64,000 nucleotides of DNA from Longimicrobiales bacterium (GCA_965198065.1 CBDAON010000004.1:1408001-1472000); one strand, 5' to 3'. Counted from the stretch's first letter, positions 30,274 through 40,942 are shown. Translations and numbers: made by a program. The notes: generated from the letters alone by a model not told the origin.

Positions 30274-31083
30274 ATGCTCGCTCCGCTGACGATCCGTGAG
30301 TGGAGGTTCGGCGTTTTCCTCCTCCTCGTCTTCCTTCCGGGAGGCGCGGTCCTGGCTCAAGGGTCCTCGCCCCTTCCGGGACCGGGCGGGAGCGGGGATC
30401 GGGGGTTCCTCTTCGAGCGACCGTCGGTGAGCCTCGGGCTCCGTGCGGGACTCTTCGTTCACCGTGCCGGAAGCGACCTCTACGATTTCACAACCGAGAA
30501 GCTCACGGTCGACCGCTCCGACTTCCGGGGCACGTCTCTGGGGCTCGAGGGCACGGCGTGGCTGGGCGAGCGAACCGAGCTCCTCTTCGGGCTCGACGGG
30601 AGCCGGGTGTCTCTCCGATCCGAGTATCGTGCCTTTCTCGAGGACAACGGGGATTCCATTCAGCAGACGACCAACATCACCCACGGGCCGGCCTTCTCCG
30701 CCGGCCTCCGCTGGTATGTCCTGCCCCGTGGCGACGCGCTCGGGTGCTTCATCTGGGTCCCGCGGCGGTGGAACGCGTTCCTCGGGGGGGGCGCGGCGTT
30801 CTCGGCATATGAGGTGTCCCTCGAGGGCGATTTCGTAGACGAGCGGGACCTCACGATCTCGACGGCCCAGCTCCAGTCGGACGGAGGCGCGTTCCTCCCC
30901 TTCCTTTCGGCTGGATTCGAGCTCGCGATGACGCCGCGTGTCGCCGTCGTGCTCGAGGGACGGTACCATTGGGGAGACACCGACCTCGGGCAGGACTTCC
31001 AGGACGATCGGGGACGCCCCACCTTTCAGCCGCTTGACCTCTCGGGAGCGCGGCTGACCGCCGGATTCTACTACCGCTTCTAG
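30274..31083 (+). CDS. Putative outer-membrane beta-barrel protein
   Basis: Signal peptide, amphipathic strands, C-terminal GFYYRF. Confidence 0.65.
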   Translation: MLAPLTIREWRFGVFLLLVFLPGGAVLAQGSSPLPGPGGSGDRGFLFERPSVSLGLRAGLFVHRAGSDLYDFTTEKLTVDRSDFRGTSLGLEGTAWLGERTELLFGLDGSRVSLRSEYRAFLEDNGDSIQQTTNITHGPAFSAGLRWYVLPRGDALGCFIWVPRRWNAFLGGGAAFSAYEVSLEGDFVDERDLTISTAQLQSDGGAFLPFLSAGFELAMTPRVAVVLEGRYHWGDTDLGQDFQDDRGRPTFQPLDLSGARLTAGFYYRF

Positions 31084-31105
31084 CGGACTGATAAGGAAGC
31101 CGAAG

Positions 31106-32485
31106 ATGACGCGCTCGACGCTCGCGCTGCTCGCTGCCCTGGCCGGTCTCGGCGGCGCCGCCGTTCCCGGGGCCCTCGCCCAGAACGCGGCGGCCCAGGG
31201 CGACGCTCGGTGGCTTCCCTGGGTGGGATGCTGGGAGGGAGCCACCGAGGTGGGTGCTCCGGCAACGGACCGGGTTCTGGTGTGTTTCCGTCCCCTTCCC
31301 TCCGGAGACGGGGTCGAGATCCTGACTTACTCGGATACCGGTGAGCTGGTCGCGGTGGAGGACCTGACGCCGAACGGCGTCCCGGTACCCGCCGAGGAAG
31401 GTGGTTGCGTAGGGCAGCGCGCGGCGAGCTGGTCCGACGACGGGCTCCGCGTCTTCCTCTCTTCGAGTCTCGATTGCGGGACCCCGCCGGACCGCACGAC
31501 GAGGGGGGTCCTCACGGTTCTTCCCGGCGGGGCGGGTTGGATCGAGATCCAGTCTGCCCGGGTCGAAGCCGGGAACCCCGTGCTCGGCATCCGCACGTTC
31601 GTCGGTGCCTCCGGAGAGACCCTGGCCGGGCTCGGGATCGTGGATCCGTCCGCCGGCCTCGACCTGGCGGTCTCGACGGCCCGGACGAGAGCCGGTCGGG
31701 CGCTCACGGCGGATGCCCTCGTCGAGATCGTCGAGGGGGCGGGGCCGGAGGTGGCGAGCGCGCTGATCGTGGAGCGCGGGCAGCGCGTCGGTCTGAACGC
31801 CTCTCTCCTCCGATCGCTGTCCGAGCGAGGCGTGCCGGGAGACGTTCTGGACGTCATGGTGGCAGTGAGCTACCCGGATCGGTTCCAGCTCGGAGGCAGT
31901 CCGAAAGGGCCCCTCCCCGAGATCCGCGACGTCATGGATTCGACTCCAGCTGCCAGGCGGGCCGTCTCCTCCTGGCCGCTGCGTTCCCGGCCGTCTCGGG
32001 GCTACTCGCCCTGGCGTTTCGGGTACTACGATCCGTTCTTCTTCGACCCGTTCTTCTACGGAACCTACGAGTACGGCTATAGCCCCTACGGGTACCGCTC
32101 GTTTGGCTCTCCGTATTACCAGGTCCCGCGCGTCATCGTGGTCACCCCGCCGGTGATCGAGGACCGGAACGACTTCTACCTGGACCCGGACCGGGGGCTG
32201 GTGAGGCGCGGCAGCGGATCGACGGGGACGGCGGGATCGGCCTCCGACTCGCGCGCGCCGAGCGCAAGGGTCTCGCGTCCGTCGGCCTCCTCGGGGCGCG
32301 CCTTGCGACCCTCGGGGAGTGGCTCGCGATCCTCGGGGGGCAACGCACGAGTCTCGGGCGGCGGCTCCCGCGCCTCGGGAGGCGGGGTCCGCACGTCTCC
32401 GCGTGACTCCGGCTCGTCCGGAGGGAGCGCTTCCCCCCCGATTCGTCGGGCCGTTCCGAGATCGGGTGACGGAGGGGACCCATAG
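31106..32485 (+). CDS. Secreted hypothetical protein with Tyr-rich and Ser/Gly/Arg-rich tail
   Basis: Signal peptide, WLPWVGCW, 4 Cys, YYDPFFFDPFFYG segment, low-complexity C-terminus. Confidence 0.75.
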   Translation: MTRSTLALLAALAGLGGAAVPGALAQNAAAQGDARWLPWVGCWEGATEVGAPATDRVLVCFRPLPSGDGVEILTYSDTGELVAVEDLTPNGVPVPAEEGGCVGQRAASWSDDGLRVFLSSSLDCGTPPDRTTRGVLTVLPGGAGWIEIQSARVEAGNPVLGIRTFVGASGETLAGLGIVDPSAGLDLAVSTARTRAGRALTADALVEIVEGAGPEVASALIVERGQRVGLNASLLRSLSERGVPGDVLDVMVAVSYPDRFQLGGSPKGPLPEIRDVMDSTPAARRAVSSWPLRSRPSRGYSPWRFGYYDPFFFDPFFYGTYEYGYSPYGYRSFGSPYYQVPRVIVVTPPVIEDRNDFYLDPDRGLVRRGSGSTGTAGSASDSRAPSARVSRPSASSGRALRPSGSGSRSSGGNARVSGGGSRASGGGVRTSPRDSGSSGGSASPPIRRAVPRSGDGGDP

Positions 32486-32514
32486 GGCGCTCCCAGAGCC
32501 CCTCGTCTGCTTCT

Positions 32515-34708
32515 GTGCGTCCCGCCTCCGCCTCCGACGCCCCGGTGGACTGCACGTTCCCCTCCGAAGGGATGGACTGCCCGAGCTGTGCCGCCACTAC
32601 CAGCCGGGCGCTCCTCCAGGTGGACGGCATCCTCAGAGTCGAGCCTGACGTCATCCAGCAGACAGTCCGCGTGACGTACGACTCCGGGCGCGTCGAGCCG
32701 GCACGGATCCGACGACACCTGGCTCGCCTAGGATACGGAACGGGCGGGAACGGGGACGCCGCCCGGCCGGAGGCGTCCGCCCCCGCGCCTGTACCGCATT
32801 CCGGCCTCCGCGCCCTTTTCGCGTCCACCCCGACCTACGTGTGGCTGGGCGGGGGGCTCTGGGCACTCACGATCTTGGCGACCCTCGTGGCAGCCTCGAC
32901 CGCGACCGTGGCTGTCCTGGGTGCGGCCACCGTGGCGACGGCCGGATGGAGCGTCTTCTCCCCGCGCATGGGCGGCCGCCCGGTCCGGGGCGCTGGACAT
33001 GCACGTGCTCATGGCCATCGCGGCGCTCGGGGCTCTCGCGATCGGCGAGTCCGTGGAGGCCGGCGCTGTCCTCTTCCTCTTCGCGGTGGCCCGCGAACTG
33101 GAGGAGCGGACGCTTAGGCGGGCCCGCTCCGAGGTGCGCTCGCTCATGGACCTCACGCCGGTCGAGGCTACGGTTCTCCGGCACGGCCACCAGGTGCGGG
33201 TCCCGGTTGACGGAGTCCGGGAGGGCGAAATCGTCTTGGTGCGTCCCGGCGAGAGGGTCCCGGTGGACGGCACCGTGACGGGCGGGGCCTCCGAGGTGGA
33301 TGCCTCGGCCATTACGGGTGAATCGGTGCCCGTACCGAAGCTCACGAACGATCGCGTCCTCGGCGGCTCGGTGAACGGGAGCGGGGCGCTCGAAATCCGC
33401 TGCGACCGCCCGGCCGAGGAGTCGGCCCTGAGCCGGATCGTCCGAACCATCGAGGACGCACGGTCCCGGAGGAGCGCAGCCGAGGCGTTCGTCGATCGCT
33501 TCGCGCGTGCCTACACTCCGCTCGTGCTCCTGGGCGCCCTGGCGATCGCCGTCGGACCGCTGCTCCTGGGTTACGGCCAGTGGGCCGACATGGGATACCG
33601 GGCTCTCGTCCTCGTGGTGGTCGCCTGTCCATGCGCGCTTGTCATATCCACGCCGGTCACGGTCGTGAGCGCTCTCACGGGTGCCGTACGGAGGGGGATC
33701 CTCGTGAAGAGCGGAATCCACCTCGAGGTGCTGGGGAAGACTCGCGTGGTCGCGTTCGACAAGACGGGGACCGTGACCGAGGGGACGCCCACGGTCTCGT
33801 GCGTCGTGAACTGGAGCGCCGAGGGCGAGGCGGAGCTCGTCCTCATGGCCGCGGCGGCGGAAAGCCGGAGCGAGCACCCGATCGCGCGCGCCATCCTCGC
33901 GGAGGCGGAGAAGCTGGGTGTCGTTCCGGACGACGGCGTCGAGATGACGGCGCTTCCGGGTAGGGGGGCCCGCGCCCGGGTCCGCGGCCGATCGGTTCTC
34001 CTGGGGAGCCCCCGCCTGTTCTATGAGGAGGGCCTCGTCGGAGAAGAGGAGGACCGGGCAATCTCCGAGCTCTCGAGGGAGGGGAGGAGCGTCGTCCTCG
34101 TCGGGTGGGGAGCCCGCGAGGGGAGTCCACCCGAGCTCAGAGGCGCCCTTCTCCTCGCTGACGAGGTGCGTGAGAGCGTCGAGCCGCTCCTCGCGAGCCT
34201 GCGCGATGAGGGGATCGAGCGGATCGTGCTCATGAGCGGCGACCGCGCGCCTGCGGTCGAGGCCGCGGCCCGTTCGGCTTCACTCGGGGGCCAGGCGTTC
34301 GACGAGTGGCGGGGCGACCTCCTACCCGAGGAGAAAGTGGAGTGGGTAAAGGAGCTCAAGGCTCGGCACGGCCCAGTCCTCATGGTCGGGGACGGGGTCA
34401 ACGATGCGCCGGCCCTGGCCGTGTCGGACGTGGGCATGGCCATGGCGAGACGGGGAACGGCCCTGGCGCTCGATACGTCCGACATCGCCCTCATGGAAGA
34501 CGACCTCTCGCGCATTCCCGAGGTCTTTCGGATGGGCCGGAAAGCGGCGGGGATCATCCGCGCCAACGTCGCCTTCGCCCTTCTCGTCAAGGTTGCCTTC
34601 GTGGCGCTCGGCGGAGCGGGGTATGCGAGCCTCTGGATGGCGGTCGTGGCCGACATGGGCTCGAGCCTGGCAGTGATCCTGAACGGGCTCCGCGCGCTCC
34701 GCGCTTGA
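32515..34708 (+). pseudogene. zntA: Heavy-metal P1B-2 ATPase (ZntA/CadA type), split by a 1-nt frameshift near 32959
   Basis: HMA GMDCPSC in ORF 32515; TGES, CPC, DKTGT, SEHP, GDGVNDAP and TM Lys/Asp in ORF 32921. Confidence 0.85.
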
Positions 34709-34744
34709 GCCGCGCGCACGGAGGCGCCCCAGCCCGGACCGTCC

Positions 34745-35170
34745 TCAGCCCCTCGCTCGAGCCGGAGGCACCCCCACCACATCGTCCAGGGCCGCTAGGA
34801 GGTCTCCTCGCTCGGGCCACCCTCTAGAGAACACCCTCCCGTTCACCACCACGCCGTGGGTGGGGAGGCGGGTCAGGGTTCGGAGCAGGTCGCGGGCCCC
34901 TACCCGATAGGCCCAGAAATCGCGCACGAGGAGCGCAAGTAGGGCCACGAAGTTCCGCGGGTCGATGACCTGAACCTCCACGCGGACGCCGTAGCGCCTT
35001 CGCACGTCGCAATAGAGGGGCCCGAGCGACTCCATGACCGCCCTTCTCTCGGGAAAGACGGGCTCCCCACCCCGAGTCAGGAAGTCGCCCTCGAGTCGGC
35101 CGCAGCAGCCGCTGGCCGACATTTGCTGCTCCCACTCCCGGATGAAGATCACGCTCGCGCGCTCGGCCAT
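34745..35170 (-). CDS. Hypothetical thioredoxin-fold-like protein with SGCCG motif
   Basis: SGCCGRL, V.VIDPRN, P..VVVNG; directly downstream of ggt. Confidence 0.65.
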   Translation of the reverse strand: MAERASVIFIREWEQQMSASGCCGRLEGDFLTRGGEPVFPERRAVMESLGPLYCDVRRRYGVRVEVQVIDPRNFVALLALLVRDFWAYRVGARDLLRTLTRLPTHGVVVNGRVFSRGWPERGDLLAALDDVVGVPPARARG

Positions 35171-35183
35171 GGCGGACACCCGG

Positions 35184-37019
35184 TTACTGGACGGCCGCGC
35201 CAGCGTCGGTCGAGCGCGGATCCGGAATCCCGACCCGCATGCCCGTCGCGGGATCGAGCATGACGGAGTGGGCCTGTCCCTGACTCCCTCCGACCCTCAC
35301 CGTGTGCCCCATTGCCTCGAGGGCTCTCGCCACCCCCGGGTCCCGGAGCCTCGACTCGATCGAGATCCGGTCCGGAAGCCACTGGTGGTGCGAGCGAGGC
35401 GAGGCGAGGGCCGCCTCCAGGTCCATCCCGAACTCGGCGATGTTGAGCGTGACGTGAAGCACCGTATTGATGATCGTGCGTCCTCCGGGGCTGCCGATCA
35501 CGGCGACCGCCTCGCCATCCCGGGCCAGGATGGTCGGCGTCATGCTAGAGAGCATCCGCTGTCCCGGCCGGGCCAGGTTGGGCTCGTTCCCAATCTGACC
35601 GGACTCGGTCGTCACGCCGGGATAGCCGTTGAAGTCGCCCATCTCGTTGTTCAGGAGAAAGCCGCCTCCGGGCACGGTGATCTTGGATCCGTAGAGGGCC
35701 TCGAGCGTGTAGGTCACGGAGACTGCCGTCCCGTCCGCGTCCACCACCGAATAGTGGGTGGTCTCCATGCTCTCCACTCCCGGCTCGATCTGCTCCGTGG
35801 ACGAAACGCCCGCGCGGCGCGGATCGATCTCGGTGCGGAGCTCGGCCGCGTAGTCCTTGCTCGTGAGCCTCTCGACGGGGACGGGCCAGTAGTCCACGTC
35901 CGCCAGGTGGCGGGCACGGTCCCGGTAGGCCATCCGCTGCGCCTCGGTCACGTGATGGAAGTGCGCCGCGCTCCCGTGCCCCATCGCCCTCAGGTCGTAG
36001 CCCTCGAGGATGTTCAGCATTTGGACGAGCGCGACACCGCCGCTGCTGGGCGGGGGCATGCTGATGACTTCGTAACCGCGGAACGTCGCCTGGATCGGCT
36101 CCCGCTCGACCGCCCGGTAGAGCGCGAGATCTTCCTCGGTGATGAGCCCTCCGCCCCTCCGCATCTCTTCGGCGATGAGGCGCGCTGTCTCCCCCTGGTA
36201 GAAGCCGTCCCGGCCGTCCCGCATGACGCGAGAGAGGGTTCGGGCGAGGTCGGGCTGTCTCCAGACGTCGCCGGCTTCGTACGGTGTCCCATTCATCGAG
36301 AACGCCCCAACGCTCGCAGGATAGCGGGACATCGAGCCCGTGATCTGACCCTCAAGCGAGCGAGCGAGCGCCTCGCTCAGGACAATCCCGTCCTCGGCCA
36401 GTGCCACGGCCGGAGCCACGAGCCCGGCCCAGTCGTAGCTCCCGTAGCGCTCGTGGGCCAGCGCGAAGCCGGCGACCGTCCCCGGCACGCCCACCGCCAC
36501 GTGGGTGTTCGCCTGGACCGACCGGGAATACTCCCCGGTCTCGTCCACGAACATCTCGGGACCGGAGGCCAGGGGAGCCTTCTCGCGGAAGTCGAAGGAG
36601 GTCGAGCGCCCGTCGGGGAAGCGAACGACCATGAACCCACCGCCGCCGATGTTCCCAGCCATCGGATAGACGACGGCCAGCGCGAATCCGGTGGCAATGG
36701 CGGCATCGACCGCCGTCCCCCCCTCCCGGAGCACGGACGCGCCCACCCGGCTCGCGATCTCGCTCGCGGAGACCACCAGGCCACCCTGGGTCCGAACCGT
36801 TCGCCCTACCGCCGACTCGTCGATCCGAGGTGCGACCCGGATGGTGGACGGGCCCGCGTACGTGCACGATCCGAGGAGGACGACGCCCGCGAGGGCGGCC
36901 AGCGGCAGGGACGGTAGCCGGCGGCGGGCGCCGCCTTCGCGAGCGGGTTTGGACGGAATCCTGCGTCCGGACCCCCCAGAGCAGGCCAGCACCGACGAGT
37001 GGGCCACCGTGGAGGTCAC
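35184..37019 (-). CDS. ggt: Gamma-glutamyltransferase
   Basis: GNIGGGGF, DFREKAP, ETTH, LNNEMGDF, LSSMTP, GSPGG; start uncertain. Confidence 0.96.
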   Translation of the reverse strand: MTSTVAHSSVLACSGGSGRRIPSKPAREGGARRRLPSLPLAALAGVVLLGSCTYAGPSTIRVAPRIDESAVGRTVRTQGGLVVSASEIASRVGASVLREGGTAVDAAIATGFALAVVYPMAGNIGGGGFMVVRFPDGRSTSFDFREKAPLASGPEMFVDETGEYSRSVQANTHVAVGVPGTVAGFALAHERYGSYDWAGLVAPAVALAEDGIVLSEALARSLEGQITGSMSRYPASVGAFSMNGTPYEAGDVWRQPDLARTLSRVMRDGRDGFYQGETARLIAEEMRRGGGLITEEDLALYRAVEREPIQATFRGYEVISMPPPSSGGVALVQMLNILEGYDLRAMGHGSAAHFHHVTEAQRMAYRDRARHLADVDYWPVPVERLTSKDYAAELRTEIDPRRAGVSSTEQIEPGVESMETTHYSVVDADGTAVSVTYTLEALYGSKITVPGGGFLLNNEMGDFNGYPGVTTESGQIGNEPNLARPGQRMLSSMTPTILARDGEAVAVIGSPGGRTIINTVLHVTLNIAEFGMDLEAALASPRSHHQWLPDRISIESRLRDPGVARALEAMGHTVRVGGSQGQAHSVMLDPATGMRVGIPDPRSTDAGAAVQ

Positions 37020-38182
37020 GGCATGGCCTCCGTCGCCATCTCGGCCGCGACCCGCTCCACGGCCTCCATCACACGGAGCAGGTTCCCGCTCCAGATCTTC
37101 CGGATCTCTTCCTCCGAGTACCCGCGCCGTACCAGCTCGAGCGTCACGTTAAAGGTCTCGGAGGCATCGTTCCATCCCTCAATCCAGCCGCCCCCGTCGA
37201 AGTCGGAGCTGATCCCAACGTGGTCGATGCCGATCAGGTCCACGACGTAGTCGATGTGATCCACGAGATCGGCGACCGTGGCGGTGCGTCCGGGCACCAG
37301 ATACGGTGAGTACGCGACCACGTGCACCACGCCGCCGTTGGCCTGGAGCGCCAGGAGCTGCTCGTCGTCCAGATTCCGATAGTGGTTCGTGAGCGCCCGT
37401 ACGGAGGAGTGGGAGGCCATCACGGGCGCTCCCGATAGCGCCATCGTCTGGAGGTTCGCCTCCTTCGACGGGTGCGAGATATCGAGGATGATCCCCAAGC
37501 GGTTCGCCTCGACAACGACCTCGCGTCCGAGGGGGGAGAGGCCGTTCCAACGGTATCCGTCCTGCTCTCCGGTACTGGAGTCCGCCAGCTGGTTGGCCCC
37601 AAAATGAGCGAGCGAGAGATAACGGACGCCCAGCTCGTAGAAGCGCCTCACGTTCTCTACGTCCTCTCCCAGCGCATAGCCGTTCTCCATCCCCATCAGG
37701 GCCACGAGCCGTCCCTCCGCCGCAATCCGGCGCACGTCCGCCGCCGTCAGGGCGAGGCCGATGCGTTCCGGGGCCAGCTCGGACGTGAGCCGCCGGATCG
37801 CGAGCACTTTGTCCATGGCCGTGTTGTAGGGTCGGAGATAGCCCTCGGCGGTGAAGTCCTGCTCCTGGTCCTGGTGCATGGAGAACCAGACCGCCCTGAG
37901 CCCCCCCTCCTCCATGGACGGGAGATCGACCTTCGTGTCCGGGTGACCGGTCACGTAGTTGGGCTCGGAGGCTGTGAAGTGGACCGGTTCGATGTCGGTG
38001 TGCGTGTCCATCGTGAGCGCCCGCTCGTGGATCGCCCGCGCTCGCTCGACGACCGTTCCGTTACCCGGCTGGGCCTCCCCACCGGTCGGCGACACCGCCG
38101 CGACGAGCGCCGCGGCGAGGGCCGCACCCGCGAAGCCGGGGACACGAGGACGCGCCCCCGCCCGATCAGCGAGTCGGCGCAT
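37016..38182 (-). CDS. M19-family membrane dipeptidase, secreted
   Basis: DTHTD, GMENG, DISH, ASHS, SSDFDG; signal peptide. Confidence 0.92.
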   Translation of the reverse strand: MRRLADRAGARPRVPGFAGAALAAALVAAVSPTGGEAQPGNGTVVERARAIHERALTMDTHTDIEPVHFTASEPNYVTGHPDTKVDLPSMEEGGLRAVWFSMHQDQEQDFTAEGYLRPYNTAMDKVLAIRRLTSELAPERIGLALTAADVRRIAAEGRLVALMGMENGYALGEDVENVRRFYELGVRYLSLAHFGANQLADSSTGEQDGYRWNGLSPLGREVVVEANRLGIILDISHPSKEANLQTMALSGAPVMASHSSVRALTNHYRNLDDEQLLALQANGGVVHVVAYSPYLVPGRTATVADLVDHIDYVVDLIGIDHVGISSDFDGGGWIEGWNDASETFNVTLELVRRGYSEEEIRKIWSGNLLRVMEAVERVAAEMATEAMP

Positions 38183-38628
38183 CCCCCAGGATCTGAATCC
38201 GGTCATCGTCGTCCGGCACGACGCAGAGGAACTCGAACGGCTCATCGCCCTCGGCTCGGTACCAGTGTGGCGTTCCGCCCGGAATGTGGACCACGTCGCC
38301 CGCGTGCACATGATAGACCTCCTCGCCGATCCCCACGGTGGCGGCGCCCCGAAGCACAAACTGCTGATGCTCGACCACGTTCTGGTGCCGAGGCATGCCG
38401 CCGCCCGGGCTCCATGACGAACCGGCGCATGTGGAAGCCCGAGCCCTCGCCCGGACCCGTGATAACCTGCCGGACGGTCGAGGTCCCGCCCGTTACCGCC
38501 TCGACGGGAATCGCCTCGATGTGGCGCACCCGCGCATTCGCTTCCCTTCCCGCTCGGCCCGCTTCCCAACCGCCGGGCGGAGGGGTGTCCGGGCTGGCAC
38601 CTGGTCTCGAGGCTGGCGTCTCACGCAT
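38166..38628 (-). pseudogene. Cupin-domain protein split by a 1-nt frameshift near 38405
   Basis: FHMRRFVMEPG joins GGMPRHQNVVEHQQFVLRG..GDVVHIPGGTPHWY in the next frame. Confidence 0.8.
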
Positions 38629-38810
38629 GAGACAATATGTGGCCTCCCGCCCCGGAACCTCCACCCTCGGAGCCTCTTTACCTAGAACTGACAGTCGCCC
38701 GGAGGCTAGCTTCTCGCCTGTACGGCCGTGAGCTATTGGTTGAACCCTTGACGGCCCAGGAAAGCTGGATGTCTGCCGTTCCGTCTTCAGGTCGTCCAAC
38801 GAGGAGGATC

Positions 38811-39257
38811 ATGCCAGCGCTCGCACGCATTCCGGCCCTGCTCCTGCTCCTTCTGGTCTCTTCCCGATCGGGTGTCGCCCAGACCGGGCCCCCGGCCGGC
38901 CCGTCGGGGTCCTCTTCCGCCCCGAGCCTCGAACAGGGCATCTATACGGAGGAGCAGGCCGACGCGGGAGGCCGGGACTTCGAGACCATCTGCACGGACT
39001 GCCACGGCGGCTTCGATCTTCTCTCCCCGAACCTCTCCATGAAGTGGACCGGCCGTACCCTCTGGGAGCTCTACGAGCGAATCAAGAACACGATGCCCGA
39101 GAACGATCCAGGCTTCCTCGACACCGCTCAAGCGGCGCGGCTCGTGGCCTACCTGTTGGGCCAGCAGGGATTCCCGTCGGGTGAGCGGGCGCTCGAGCCC
39201 GACGAGGCGGCCCTGGCCGGGATCGTGATCCACCGTCCCGCCAACCCCGTTCCGTGA
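38811..39257 (+). CDS. Periplasmic monoheme cytochrome c
   Basis: SD GAGGAGG, signal peptide, CTDCH, distal TMP. Confidence 0.85.
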   Translation: MPALARIPALLLLLLVSSRSGVAQTGPPAGPSGSSSAPSLEQGIYTEEQADAGGRDFETICTDCHGGFDLLSPNLSMKWTGRTLWELYERIKNTMPENDPGFLDTAQAARLVAYLLGQQGFPSGERALEPDEAALAGIVIHRPANPVP

Positions 39258-39323
39258 CGCCGGCGCGGGCCGCCGGCATCTAGGGCTCGCGGTCTGGCGT
39301 TCGCCGCACCCTCCCGACGGCTC

Positions 39324-39971
39324 CTACCCGCAGTCCGAAGGAGCGTCTCCGGCTCGGGACGTCCGGCGCGCAAGCCATGGAATCCGGCGTCGAAACAGCC
39401 ACAGGATCCCGAGCGGAACGAGGGCGGCGAGCGTCACCATGAGCACGACTGCGCCCGACCGCTCCGAGGCCGTAGCACCCACGACGGAATAAAACACTGT
39501 TGCCGGAAGCGCCCCCGCGCCCACCGCAACGAGAAAGTGCCCCCATCGGATGGCAGTCGCGCCGGCCGCATAGCTCACGATGTCCGGGTTGATGAAGGGA
39601 ATCAGGCGCCCGACGAAGACCGCGAGCATGCCTCGCTGCTCCATGAACGCATCCACGCGCGCGAGGCTCTCCGTCGACACGATCCGCTCCACGCCCGGAC
39701 GGCCCAGGGCCCGGGCGAGGCCGAAGCAACACGCGGCGGCCAGGAGAGCGCTGGAAAAGGTGAGCGCGCCACCCAGGACAGCGCCGTAGATCATCGCGTT
39801 CGCGATGGCGAGGACGAACCCCGGAAGCACCGGAATGAGGGAGGAAGCGGTCTGAAGGGCCGTCGAGGCGAGGGGCGCCCAGACGCCGAATCCCACGAGC
39901 CAGGCCCGGATCCGATCCGGGTCGGACTCCCACAGAAGCGCCCACGCGGTACGAAGGCCCTCCACGGTCAC
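39324..39971 (-). CDS. TVP38/TMEM64 (DedA-superfamily) membrane protein
   Basis: RLIPFINPDIVSYAAG, hydrophobic helices. Confidence 0.88.
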   Translation of the reverse strand: MTVEGLRTAWALLWESDPDRIRAWLVGFGVWAPLASTALQTASSLIPVLPGFVLAIANAMIYGAVLGGALTFSSALLAAACCFGLARALGRPGVERIVSTESLARVDAFMEQRGMLAVFVGRLIPFINPDIVSYAAGATAIRWGHFLVAVGAGALPATVFYSVVGATASERSGAVVLMVTLAALVPLGILWLFRRRIPWLARRTSRAGDAPSDCG

Positions 39972-40942
39972 CAGAAGAGCGCCCTCCCCTCGCGAAGGAC
40001 CAGCCGCACCCGACCGAACGCGGTGACGTCAACCTCCGGGTCGCCGTCCAGGAGCACGAGATCGGCGACCATGCCGGGCGCCACCTGACCCAGGTAATCA
40101 TACGCGAAGCGGAACGCCGGCTCGGTGGTGAGCGACGCGAGGTGGTCCGCGAACGGGATCCCACCCTCGTCCAGGAGCAGATGGTCGGGCATGGGGTCGT
40201 ACCTGGGAATGTACCCGGCGCCGGTGCCGAACACCATGCTCCCCCCCCGATCGACGAAGCCTCGGAGCGCGGAGAGTTGCTCCTCGGACCCCGCCGCGCC
40301 CGGCGCCGTGTCGTTGAGGTGGAGCCCGAGCGCGGGAACGACGGCGCGGTCCTGAACGGCGAACCGGGCCAGGGCCCCGCTGGACCAGGGTGGACCCGAG
40401 GGATTCACGAACATGACGCCCCCCACGGCTCCGCCCGGGACCGAGACGATCCGGGGGCCCATCACCTCCCCCGATTGAATCCGCTCGATGAGCGGGGCGA
40501 GCGCGTCCCGTGGAGTGTTGGTGTCTACCACGCTCGTGAAGCCGAACCGGTTGAAGCGCTCCCGAACTAGCTCCTCGAGCTCGGGACCCGTCGCCGATTG
40601 CGCCGCGTAGAGCAGCTCCGCGTCCATGCGCACGTGCGCGTTCCAGAAACCGGCTAGGAGGGAGAGCCCGGAGCCGTCGATCCAGAAGTCGGCCGGCGGC
40701 ACGGGCAGCTCGCCCCGCGCGCCCACACCCTCGACGACCCCGTCCATCACGATGACGATCCCATCCTGAATCGGCTCCACGCCGGGCGAAGTGAAGATCG
40801 TCGGACCCTCGATCACGAGCGTACCCTGCCCCGTCCAGCTCCCGATCGCTCCCTGCCTCTGGCACGCGGGCGTCCCGGCCGCCAGGAAGAGGCATGCGGC
40901 GAGGATGGCGAGCGGGCGGGCGTACGCCGGCTTACACGGCAT
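39968..40942 (-). CDS. Amidohydrolase-like secreted protein, degenerate
   Basis: GFWNAHVR, FGFTSVVD, GPRI, G.VAPG..ADLVLLDGDP. Confidence 0.75.
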   Translation of the reverse strand: MPCKPAYARPLAILAACLFLAAGTPACQRQGAIGSWTGQGTLVIEGPTIFTSPGVEPIQDGIVIVMDGVVEGVGARGELPVPPADFWIDGSGLSLLAGFWNAHVRMDAELLYAAQSATGPELEELVRERFNRFGFTSVVDTNTPRDALAPLIERIQSGEVMGPRIVSVPGGAVGGVMFVNPSGPPWSSGALARFAVQDRAVVPALGLHLNDTAPGAAGSEEQLSALRGFVDRGGSMVFGTGAGYIPRYDPMPDHLLLDEGGIPFADHLASLTTEPAFRFAYDYLGQVAPGMVADLVLLDGDPEVDVTAFGRVRLVLREGRALFW

